Source of the DNA: Candidatus Culexmicrobium cathedralense
GTDB lineage: Archaea; Thermoproteota; Methanomethylicia; Culexarchaeales; Culexmicrobiaceae
Length of the DNA: 64,000 nt
Reading direction: 5' to 3'
NCBI GenBank assembly: GCA_025061115.1
Contig: JANZKC010000001.1
Coordinates: 416,001-480,000 of the forward strand
Positions 10,614 to 19,380 of this stretch are shown piece after piece. A program made the translations under genes and the position numbers. Every line of letters starts with the position of its first letter. The first letter of the stretch is position 1. The notes below the pieces were generated by a model. That model ran no database searches. It saw only the letters and a program-made list of their open reading frames with translations, and was not told where the DNA came from.

Positions 10614-12398
10614 ATGCAATTAGATTTCGAAACTAGAGCTGCAAGATACATAATGGAGTGGGGCGAGTGGATAGAGAAGCTCCAGCTTCTAGCATTACTT
10701 GGATTTAAATTTGAAAGAGCAAAAATTTACGTCGAGAAACTAATAAAGCTTCAAAATCAAGACGGAGGATTCCCAAGAAACTGGATTAAAGGCAGGGCAT
10801 CCAGCCTACTTGAAACAGCGACGGCACTCGAACTACTTGCAAAGATGAACTTTAGAGAGGAAGTGCTTGAAAAGGCAGCTAAATACCTAGTTGAAAAACA
10901 ACTTGCAAATGGAAGCTGGAGAGAGGAAAAAGAAGAGTATGGAGAAAGAAGAGCTGAGAAGCACAGAGTCACCCTCGAAACCGCTAGAATTTTAAGGGCA
11001 TTAGCATCCTTTGACGCTAAAAATGCAGGCATTGAGAAAGCAATCGCATACTTGGCATATGCCCAGAGGGAAGATGGATTATGGCTGACTTCACACTTAG
11101 ATGAAAGCGTAGACATGGAAGCTTCAAGCGAAGCTATTTTAGCGCTACTCGAAGTAGGCAGCGAAAAAGCAAAACAACTAGCCAGAATAGGAGTTGAAGC
11201 ACTATGGAGATGGTTCGTTGAAAAAGCCACTGAAGATTGGAGTGAAATGCCAAAAGAAGCACTAAGCATCGCTGAAGCACTTATAGAAGCGGGTCATGGT
11301 GAAGCCGAAGCTGTAAGAAGGATTTTAAAGGCATATGTTAAAGCTGAAAAGTGGCGATTTGGCGATAAAAGAAGCATCAGCACGAGCGAAGCAGTTAAAG
11401 CGCTAAAAGTACTGCTGTTAGCCAAGGCTATAGACGAGGAAAAAGTTAGACGAGAAGTTGAAAGGCTAATTTATGTGAGAGAGGAATTAAAGAGGAAAAT
11501 TGAAGCTAAGGAAGAAGAAACTAGAAACTACTTCCTAATCAGATTTGAGGAAATAGGTATTAGGCCGAGCGATAAACCAAGTAAGATACTTTTAGGAAGC
11601 TACTTATATGCAATGATGGATCAATTCTTCTGGACATCAGAAGCATTCGATCCACAGAAAGAGTATAGAGAAATAGTTGGGCTGATAGGCTCAGTTGACC
11701 AAATAGACAAATACATGGATTTTGAAAACGTGAAAAAAGCATTTTTCAAGAGCAGAGCCTTGAGAGGAATAGCTAGAAGGAGGAAATTGGAAGTAGCTAA
11801 AAGCATAAGCCTCTTCGCTAAGTTCATTAAGGAGTATGGGAATTTCAAGGACTTTAAGGAATTCGCTGAAAAGTTAAGGGCATATACGCTTTTCAAGGTT
11901 GCACCTCAAGTATCAGGATGGAATACAGCTTACAACTTAGGACTTCTCCTACGCTCATTCTCGAAAGCAGAAAACGATTTAGGCAAGCTAATCAAGTCCT
12001 TTGAACTATCATTAAAGTGCTTTCCAGCTGTAGGAGCCAAAATAGCACTACTATTCCCATTCTACGCGCTATGGGTATTCAGACTATGGCCGGAAGCAAG
12101 CACCTACATCAAATGCCCCATTGACTGGAACATCGTAAAGCCATATGGAAACCTGGGGCTAAGCTGCATGACCCTAAAAGAGCTAAGAAAAGACCCTAAA
12201 AGAGCTGCTGAAGCAATTCACAGACTTGCTGAAGAGCTCTTCCCAGAGGATCCTGCAAAAATTGTTTTTCTATGGATTGTTGGTCACGAATGGTGCACAA
12301 AGCCCTACAAGTGCTATGGAATTGCAGGAAGAAAATGCTGGATATTTGACTTATGCGCAAGGGGGCGAACAGGTGAGGGAAAGAAGAATATGGGATAA
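10614..12398 (+). CDS. Fusion: prenyltransferase/squalene-cyclase QW-repeat domain + HhH-GPD (endonuclease III-like) domain with C-terminal 4-Cys cluster
   Basis: QNQDGGF, QLANGSW, QREDGLW repeats; HhH LKCFPAVGAKIA; PIDWN..LGL; WCTKPYKCYGIAGRKCWIFDLC. Confidence 0.7.
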   Translation: MQLDFETRAARYIMEWGEWIEKLQLLALLGFKFERAKIYVEKLIKLQNQDGGFPRNWIKGRASSLLETATALELLAKMNFREEVLEKAAKYLVEKQLANGSWREEKEEYGERRAEKHRVTLETARILRALASFDAKNAGIEKAIAYLAYAQREDGLWLTSHLDESVDMEASSEAILALLEVGSEKAKQLARIGVEALWRWFVEKATEDWSEMPKEALSIAEALIEAGHGEAEAVRRILKAYVKAEKWRFGDKRSISTSEAVKALKVLLLAKAIDEEKVRREVERLIYVREELKRKIEAKEEETRNYFLIRFEEIGIRPSDKPSKILLGSYLYAMMDQFFWTSEAFDPQKEYREIVGLIGSVDQIDKYMDFENVKKAFFKSRALRGIARRRKLEVAKSISLFAKFIKEYGNFKDFKEFAEKLRAYTLFKVAPQVSGWNTAYNLGLLLRSFSKAENDLGKLIKSFELSLKCFPAVGAKIALLFPFYALWVFRLWPEASTYIKCPIDWNIVKPYGNLGLSCMTLKELRKDPKRAAEAIHRLAEELFPEDPAKIVFLWIVGHEWCTKPYKCYGIAGRKCWIFDLCARGRTGEGKKNMG

Positions 12399-13317
12399 CT
12401 ACTTAACAAAATTCACTGCAAGACTTGAAGGAGGAAGACTTGAAGAATTAAAGGAAATCATAAAATCTAAAGATAGAATTGTTGCAAAACACTTTTACAG
12501 AAGAATAAGTAAAGCAGGAGTTTCCAAGAGAAATTTCAAAAAAATAATTATGGACATATTCGCTTACAGCATTTTTGACACATATTATTGGAAATTAAGA
12601 TCCAAGGGCACAACCCCAACAATCGAGTTTAGGAGATTTAAGAGAGCAATAAGGAGCTTAAACGACTACTTGGATGAAGATTTAATGTACTACGCGTTAA
12701 TGGATGAGTGCAAAAGCATGAGCAAGCTGAGAAGAGGTGAACTGGAAAAAATAATTGCAACACTAAAGTACGCTGCTCAAGCATTTACAAGAATTCGCAA
12801 GAGAAGCTTAATTGAGGTAGCTGAAAAATTGAGGCTAAACACCATGTTCAACGTCTCCCGCAGCCTACCAGAAGCAATATTTCAGCGTAAAGCAAGGTTC
12901 TTCGGCCTCCTAGTATCAACACCGGTTGAAGATATAGTAACAGCCATTGAAGCTATAAGGCTCTCCTTAGCATGCCTGCCAAGAGGAGGACAGCACGCCG
13001 CCAACCTCTTCCTCTACATCACAAGCAAAGTAGCAAACATTTGGAAGCTTAAGATAAGCAGCCAACTCCACCCACCACTCGACAGCGGAACCTCAGAAGT
13101 CTGCTTAAGCCTAGGTTTAACGGATAAAAAGTTGGAGAACACCGAGTACCTATCACTGCACTACGAAGTTTTCCAAAAAATTGCTGAAACGCTGTTCCCA
13201 GAAGACCCACTAAAAATGATTGTACTTAGAGCTGTAGCTGAGCGCTGGTGCTATGGCAAAGAATGGAAGCTATGCGAGCAATGCTGGTTCAGCAAAGTAT
13301 GCCCTAGGGAATACTGA
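12373..13317 (+). CDS. HhH-GPD superfamily protein with 4Fe-4S motif, paralog of the upstream C-terminal domain
   Basis: LACLPRGGQHAANLF, PLDSG..LGL, LFPEDP, WCYGKEWKLCEQCWFSKVCP; GTG at 12373 overlaps the upstream ORF end. Confidence 0.7.
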   Translation: MRERRIWDNYLTKFTARLEGGRLEELKEIIKSKDRIVAKHFYRRISKAGVSKRNFKKIIMDIFAYSIFDTYYWKLRSKGTTPTIEFRRFKRAIRSLNDYLDEDLMYYALMDECKSMSKLRRGELEKIIATLKYAAQAFTRIRKRSLIEVAEKLRLNTMFNVSRSLPEAIFQRKARFFGLLVSTPVEDIVTAIEAIRLSLACLPRGGQHAANLFLYITSKVANIWKLKISSQLHPPLDSGTSEVCLSLGLTDKKLENTEYLSLHYEVFQKIAETLFPEDPLKMIVLRAVAERWCYGKEWKLCEQCWFSKVCPREY

Positions 13318-14571
13318 TCATTCCCCGAATTTCTTGCCCCTCAAAGAGTAGTTTAGCATTATTGGCATTAAATTAACTCCCCTAATTCTTCCCAACCCAC
13401 CTTTCAATGAAGCTCTCTCACTAAACGATGAAACCTCGTCGGGAACTACCGTTGGAGCTAAAATTGCAACTGGAACGGGATCGCCAACATGATTCCTAAC
13501 GCTTATAGGAGATGCATGATCGGCGGTTATGGCAATGCAAATCGATTCAACATCAACTTCATCAAGAATTAATCCCACCATCTCATCAATTCTCTCGATC
13601 ATCCTAATTTTCTCATCAAGCAATCCATCATGGCTAGCGGCGTCCGTACCCTTAACGCTAATTAAAATAAAGTCATGGTCTTCCAAGGCTTTGATTGCAG
13701 CTCTAGCTTTAGCATGCAAATCGGAATTCAAGCCGCCAGTAGCACCAGGCACATCTATAATTTTAAATCCAAGCGCCTTGCAAACACCTTTTATCAGCGC
13801 AACTCCAGCAATGCATGCAGATTTAATGTTAAACTTCTCTTCGACCGACATGACCTTGGGGAGAGTCCCAGCACCTCTACATAAAACTATGTTTGCTGGT
13901 GGGAGGCCTCTACTCGTTCTGCGCTTGTTCGCAGGATGCCTCATCAATATCTCGTGCGACTTCATGGTGAATTCATTGAGCGCTTTAGCAGTCCTAATCG
14001 CTGAAGGATCATTAGTTAGTGGCTTAGCTTCCAAAACTCTTACTCCAGTTCTGCCGGGATCAGTGCTAGACACCATTCTCGACAGATTCTTGCCTCGAAA
14101 TACTAGAACTGCCCTATGCTCAATCGAATGCCTAAATAGCACTTTAACATCAGGAGTCGACGAAAGCACCAGCCCGCTTATGGCTTTAGCGAGCTCATCG
14201 CCTTCATGGATATATCTGCCGGCTCGCCTATCAATAACTACGAATTCATCATTAACAGTAGCGAAGTTACACCTAAATGCAACGTCATCTGCACTTAAAT
14301 TCAATCCTATTCCAAGAGCCTCAAAAGCACCTCTACCAGTATAATTATTGTAAGGGTCATATCCTAGAATCGCTAGATGAGCCGGAGCACTTCCAGGCGG
14401 CACACCTGGCTCCAATACATCCATTAAGCCAGTAATGCCTCGCCTAGCTATTTCATCCATGTTTGGGGTATTAGCAACTTCAAGTGGAGTTTTGAATGTC
14501 AGCTCCCTAACAGGCCTATCGGCCATGCCATCGCCTATTATTAGTATCATTTTAAGTGGCTCGACGGCCAT
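13318..14571 (-). CDS. apgM: 2,3-bisphosphoglycerate-independent phosphoglycerate mutase (archaeal)
   Basis: IGDGMAD, TPLEVANTPNMD, PGSAPAHL, YTGRGAFEA, DAASHDG, TADH. Confidence 0.95.
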   Translation of the reverse strand: MAVEPLKMILIIGDGMADRPVRELTFKTPLEVANTPNMDEIARRGITGLMDVLEPGVPPGSAPAHLAILGYDPYNNYTGRGAFEALGIGLNLSADDVAFRCNFATVNDEFVVIDRRAGRYIHEGDELAKAISGLVLSSTPDVKVLFRHSIEHRAVLVFRGKNLSRMVSSTDPGRTGVRVLEAKPLTNDPSAIRTAKALNEFTMKSHEILMRHPANKRRTSRGLPPANIVLCRGAGTLPKVMSVEEKFNIKSACIAGVALIKGVCKALGFKIIDVPGATGGLNSDLHAKARAAIKALEDHDFILISVKGTDAASHDGLLDEKIRMIERIDEMVGLILDEVDVESICIAITADHASPISVRNHVGDPVPVAILAPTVVPDEVSSFSERASLKGGLGRIRGVNLMPIMLNYSLRGKKFGE

Positions 14572-14575
14572 TCAC

Positions 14576-15895
14576 CTACCTCTTAAACCTGCTTAAGAAG
14601 TCCTTCAATATATCCTCAAGCGTAGGCTTGCCCACTTCCTTCAATTCAAACGTTACCTTTGCAACTGGCTTGTCAATCTTGATAAAGCGCCTTAAGTCTG
14701 TTGGGGTAGCCATCACAATACCATCGCAATCAGCTCTAGCAAGCGTTTCTTCAAGCTCTCTCAACTGCTCAGCACCATATCCCAAAGCTGGAACTGCAAG
14801 GCACCCTCTCTCCTCAACAACCTTCCTAATAGAGCCTACAGCACACGTTAATGGTGAAACTATTTCAGCTGCGCCAAACTTCTTCGCTGCAACATAGCCA
14901 GCTCCATAAGTTAAATCGCCATGAAGCAGCGTCGGCCCATCCTCAATGACCAGCACTCTCTTACCTCTAATTACTTCAGGATCATCCACGCTAATGGCGG
15001 ACTCAGCCTTAACTATCAACGCTTTAGGATTAATCTTCTTGATGTTCTCCACAACAGCCTCAACAGCTTCAGGGCTGGCTGAATCCACTTTGTTGATAAT
15101 TATAACATCAGCCATCCTAGCATTAACCTCTCCCGGAAAGTACTTTAACTCGTGGCCCGGCCTCATCGGGTCAGCAACCACTATCAGCAGGTCCGGCTTA
15201 TAAAATGGATAATCATTGTTACCTCCATCCCATAAAATCACATCTGCCTCCTTCTCAGCTTCCCTAAGTATTTTTTCATAATCCACTCCAGCATACACTA
15301 TTAAACCCATGTTTAAATGAGGCTCATACTCCTCCTTTTCCTCAATTGTACACTCATACTTCTCCAAATCTTCAATCTTCTCAAATCTCTGGCAAATCTG
15401 CTTCCTCAAATCTCCATAAGGCATTGGATGCCTAACAACTGCAACTTTATAATTCCAGCTTTTCAGAATCCTAGCTACTTTCCTGCTAACGGTGCTTTTG
15501 CCAGCACCAGTCCTAACCGCGCAAACAGCAATTACCGGCTTAGTTGACTCCAACATTGTATCTTTAGGTCCAAGAAGCTTGAAGCTAGCTCCACTGGCCA
15601 ATGCAATTGAAGCCCTATGCATTACATACTCATGCGAAACATCACTATAGGAGAAAACAACTTCATCAACGTTTAAGTCCCTAATTAGCTCAGGCAGCTT
15701 CTCCTCAGGGTATATTGGGATTCCATCGGGATACCTTGGCCCAGCAAGTTCAGGAGGATAAATCCTCTTTTCAATTCCAGGTATTTGAGCCGCCGTGAAA
15801 GCAACAACCTCATAATCTGGATTTTCTCGGAAGTAGACATTGAAGTTGTGGAAGTCTCTGCCCGCTGCCCCCATAATAATAACTCGACGCACCAT
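14576..15895 (-). CDS. P-loop protein of the cyclic 2,3-diphosphoglycerate synthetase / arginine synthetase-like family
   Basis: IMGAAGRDFHNFN, AVRTGAGKS, RHPMPYG, CTIEEKEEYE, WDGGNND, EDGPT. Confidence 0.85.
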   Translation of the reverse strand: MVRRVIIMGAAGRDFHNFNVYFRENPDYEVVAFTAAQIPGIEKRIYPPELAGPRYPDGIPIYPEEKLPELIRDLNVDEVVFSYSDVSHEYVMHRASIALASGASFKLLGPKDTMLESTKPVIAVCAVRTGAGKSTVSRKVARILKSWNYKVAVVRHPMPYGDLRKQICQRFEKIEDLEKYECTIEEKEEYEPHLNMGLIVYAGVDYEKILREAEKEADVILWDGGNNDYPFYKPDLLIVVADPMRPGHELKYFPGEVNARMADVIIINKVDSASPEAVEAVVENIKKINPKALIVKAESAISVDDPEVIRGKRVLVIEDGPTLLHGDLTYGAGYVAAKKFGAAEIVSPLTCAVGSIRKVVEERGCLAVPALGYGAEQLRELEETLARADCDGIVMATPTDLRRFIKIDKPVAKVTFELKEVGKPTLEDILKDFLSRFKR

Positions 15896-16113
15896 AACAT
15901 CACCGGTAGTCACATATGTGCAAGATAGATAAAAGGTTAGCCATCCAAATTCAAGAAACTCATTAAACGTCAAATAAAAGTAAAAGCTAAAATAAGTGCA
16001 AAACAGATTTCAATAACTTAAAAATTGAACTAACAACCATTCAAGTTGAGTTTTAATTTAGCAACATAACCTTACAAATGCAAATCATCTATAATGCATA
16101 CCAAACTAAGTCC

Positions 16114-16680
16114 TTACACCATAGATTTCTCCAGCCGAGACTTGAAATAACCAATGAAAATGAGGACAATCCCCAGGACTCCCGTCCAAATGGCAAAATT
16201 AAATCTACAGAAATCAAAGCTAACCTGCTTAGTAACAATAATGCCATAGAAAGGCGAAGTGCCGATATTGCGAACCACCAGCACGTAATAATTGGAAATG
16301 GGAATTGAAAAATCAAATTCAACAATCTTATTATAAGAATTTAAAAGGATAGTTCTATTAATTAATGGTTCAGCTTCTTCCACTCTAAGCCACTTCTCAA
16401 AATTAGCTGCATCAAATAGCATATAATTAATTATTGAACTCTCGTTCCCCATGTACTCAATGTTAATTTCGTAGTTGGCAGACTCCCAAAGCGAAATTTT
16501 ATTGTAAGTTTTATTTACATCAAGTGGAGCTCTATAAGGTGAAAAAGGATCATCCTTAACGCCAAAGCGTAATCTTCCAACAGGTAAGCCAAATACATTA
16601 GCATATCCAATTGACAGCATTATGAAGAAGGATGTTATCAGCATTAAACTTCCAACTCTCCTAAGCATCATTAAGCTCAC
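16114..16680 (-). CDS. Hypothetical membrane protein (N- and C-terminal TM, extracellular beta domain)
   Basis: Hydrophobic termini; 4-nt overlap with the ABC permease. Confidence 0.7.
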   Translation of the reverse strand: MSLMMLRRVGSLMLITSFFIMLSIGYANVFGLPVGRLRFGVKDDPFSPYRAPLDVNKTYNKISLWESANYEINIEYMGNESSIINYMLFDAANFEKWLRVEEAEPLINRTILLNSYNKIVEFDFSIPISNYYVLVVRNIGTSPFYGIIVTKQVSFDFCRFNFAIWTGVLGIVLIFIGYFKSRLEKSMV

Positions 16681-17510
16681 CTTTCAAACTCAATAAACTT
16701 ACAGAAAGTCACAAATGACAGTGCCAAAGCCATTACAATTATGGTTATTGAGGAAGTTAAAATGAAGTTAATTGGCATGTCTACAAATGGCTTATCATAA
16801 TGAAATATTGTTGTCGCCAATAACTCCTTATTCACATTTAAGCGCAATATTATATCAAATAACAAGGTCGTCAAGCGACTTGGGAAGATGTAGTTAAGAG
16901 GAAAAGGTAAATAGCCGACCTCATCCATAAACCTAATAATAAGCCAAAAGAACACCGAAACCAAAGTTGAAGAAATCCAGCTTCTCCAAATTAATATTGA
17001 TATTAACAACGATATTGAACCGACAAATACAATGTTTATAAATGAACATGCTAAAATGCCGTACCAATTTATAACGGTGACTAATGCTGGAACTTCTAAA
17101 CATGTAATTAATATTATTGGAAATGTAAGAATTGAATAGCTGAAAATTAAAATTGCAAGAAACCTTCCTGCTAGAAAGTCGAATCGACTTAAAGGTTCAA
17201 CCAGCATCGTCTCAGCCTCACCACTACTTATGGCTCTTCCAATACTCATTGACACTATTAAAGGCACTAATAGACTTGAAAGCCCAAATTGATATTTCAA
17301 CGCAAGATCGCATTCTCGAACAACTAAACCGAAAATGCAAGGAAGTACTCCAAAACGCTTATACGCACCAAAAGTAGCTCCAAAAAATCCATCAAAATTT
17401 AATGGCAATATAATGAAAAAAGTAACAGAAATAACGATCTCCAGAAATGGAAAACTACATAGTTTTTTCAACTCTAAAATTAAGGATAAATACGTGTTCC
17501 TTAACCCCAT
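16677..17510 (-). CDS. ABC-2 type exporter permease
   Basis: About 6 TM; SGEAETMLVEPLSRFDFLAGRF resembles the ABC-2 signature; coupled to an ATPase. Confidence 0.8.
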   Translation of the reverse strand: MGLRNTYLSLILELKKLCSFPFLEIVISVTFFIILPLNFDGFFGATFGAYKRFGVLPCIFGLVVRECDLALKYQFGLSSLLVPLIVSMSIGRAISSGEAETMLVEPLSRFDFLAGRFLAILIFSYSILTFPIILITCLEVPALVTVINWYGILACSFINIVFVGSISLLISILIWRSWISSTLVSVFFWLIIRFMDEVGYLPFPLNYIFPSRLTTLLFDIILRLNVNKELLATTIFHYDKPFVDMPINFILTSSITIIVMALALSFVTFCKFIEFER

Positions 17511-18268
17511 CGCGATCTCCTCGTCAAATGTAAGTAAAGGGCTTCAACTCTCCCATATGCATCAACTCCACCAATGCCATACTTCCCCATCAACTCATCA
17601 ATCCGACCATAATCCAGCACTTCCCCATTCTTCATTAAAACCACGTTATCACAAACCCTGTCCAACTCTGGCAAAATATGAGAGGAAATAATTATGCTGA
17701 CATTTCTTTCATGATATATACCTTTAATCATACTTAACATCTTTAATCTTCCTTCCACATCCATATTTGCTGTAGGCTCATCTAGGATGAGAAGCTCAGG
17801 CTCACCTATCAGTGCACAAGCAAGTGAAAATCTCCTCTGCATACCTGCAGATAAAGTACTTATGCGTCTATCTGCAAGGTCCTCTAACTCTACGAAAGTT
17901 AATACTCTCCTCACCTCATTTGCTGCATCACGAGCACTTAAACCCTTTAATCTAGCTACAAATAGCAAATAATCCTTACATGAAATTGAATTAGGATAAA
18001 CGGGCTTCTCAAGCATCACACCAATTTTTTCTCTAATCTTTCTAGATTCCTTCCAACAATCAAAGCCTAAGCAAAAAGCTTTACCAGATGTAGGTTTAAT
18101 TAATCCAAGAAGAATCCTTATAAGCGTAGTTTTGCCCGAACCATTAGGACCAATAAGACCAATAATTCCTCTCTTCAACCTAAAACTAACATTTCTCAAA
18201 GCAACTATATCTTTTCCAAACTCTTTACGCAAATTTTCAACAACCACAATTTCAGACATGATTATCAA
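17501..18268 (-). CDS. ABC transporter ATP-binding protein
   Basis: GPNGSGKTT, LSAGMQRR, LILDEPT, SSH. Confidence 0.96.
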   Translation of the reverse strand: MIIMSEIVVVENLRKEFGKDIVALRNVSFRLKRGIIGLIGPNGSGKTTLIRILLGLIKPTSGKAFCLGFDCWKESRKIREKIGVMLEKPVYPNSISCKDYLLFVARLKGLSARDAANEVRRVLTFVELEDLADRRISTLSAGMQRRFSLACALIGEPELLILDEPTANMDVEGRLKMLSMIKGIYHERNVSIIISSHILPELDRVCDNVVLMKNGEVLDYGRIDELMGKYGIGGVDAYGRVEALYLHLTRRSRWG

Positions 18269-18336
18269 TCATTATAATTCATTAGAAAAATATTTATATG
18301 TTTTCTTTTTATATTATTTATAGTGATTTATTTTGA

Positions 18337-18551
18337 AAAAATGGTCAAGGACAACCAGAAACGTATACTGATGGTTGGGGCAAAGGTACAGCTACAGGTT
18401 GCTGGGGCGTTTGGGTGGAAGGAAGCCGGAGGAGGAATGGGTAATTAATCTCTCCTATGCATGGTGTAGATGCACAGCACACTTTCTCACTTCATGGGGA
18501 AATGAATGGTGGAGTACGGCATATGCATGGACAGGTGTTTCCTATGACTAG
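18337..18551 (+). pseudogene. Frameshifted remnant of a Trp/Cys/Gly-rich protein C-terminus
   Basis: Frame A (18337-18444) KNGQGQPETYTDGWGKGTATGCWGVWVEG; frame B ..RKPEEEWVINLSYAWCRCTAHFLTSWGNEWWSTAYAWTGVSYD*, whose stop overlaps the next ATG. Confidence 0.45.
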
Positions 18552-19380
18552 ATTATCAAAAAACATGATTATTTTTTCTTTTTTGCTATTCATTTCAATT
18601 TGTTATTCGCCTTTATCAACGTTGTTTGACATTGATAGGATAGTTTTAATTTATGATTTAAAAGTGCTGGTCATTCAATTTGATTCGGTTACGGGATATG
18701 CAATATTCGTTAGAGATAAAGAAGGATTATTTGATGGTGTTCTTAACATTACATTAGTTCGTGCCAGCCAAGATCTTTGGAGAATGTATTTGACTTTAAA
18801 TATAACTAAAAGTGATGAGGTTATTTACTTTAAAAATTCTACTTTCTATTTTAATCCAATAACTAGAGTTTTATATTCTATTAATATGTCTGAGCTTGGT
18901 ATTTCTGGATTTATTCTTAACACTAAATCTGTTAGTGCAAATAATTTTACGGTGGTGTCCTTCTCTAATTACACGTTTCAAGGGAGCGTTATTGGTGAGA
19001 GTAAGCATTATGTGATTGATGGGTATCAGGAATGCGTAGTGGTTAGATCTATTTTAGAAATTGGTAGGAATAGGTTTGGTCCTTTCTACTTATATGATTC
19101 TGATACTGGATGCTTGGTGCACGCTGACGGCATAGTAATTGATCCTGCATTATACTACATGGATAACATTTTCTTTCTGATTGTTGAAACATTAGATTTA
19201 GCTTATTCTAACATTGATTTGGGTCCAACAACTTTACCTTTCTTCATGATTTTAATTTATATTGCAGTAGCCTTAGCTTTAACAGTGACTCTAATTGTCT
19301 CAACATTCATTCTTTGGAGAAGGAAATATAGCAGGTATCGCCAGGATAGGATTAACATTCAGCTTCTTCAAGCTTCTTGA
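18544..19380 (+). CDS. Hypothetical secreted, C-terminally anchored protein
   Basis: Signal-like MTRLSKNMIIFSFLLFISIC, several NxS/T sequons, C-terminal TM + WRRK; AT-rich. Confidence 0.75.
   Translation: MTRLSKNMIIFSFLLFISICYSPLSTLFDIDRIVLIYDLKVLVIQFDSVTGYAIFVRDKEGLFDGVLNITLVRASQDLWRMYLTLNITKSDEVIYFKNSTFYFNPITRVLYSINMSELGISGFILNTKSVSANNFTVVSFSNYTFQGSVIGESKHYVIDGYQECVVVRSILEIGRNRFGPFYLYDSDTGCLVHADGIVIDPALYYMDNIFFLIVETLDLAYSNIDLGPTTLPFFMILIYIAVALALTVTLIVSTFILWRRKYSRYRQDRINIQLLQAS

Noticed and set aside
12226-12372. N-terminal extension of the second HhH-GPD ORF suggesting a long dual-coding overlap or frameshift fusion
   Set aside because: Homology to the paralog begins after GTG 12373, which has a G-rich SD; no slippery site is evident
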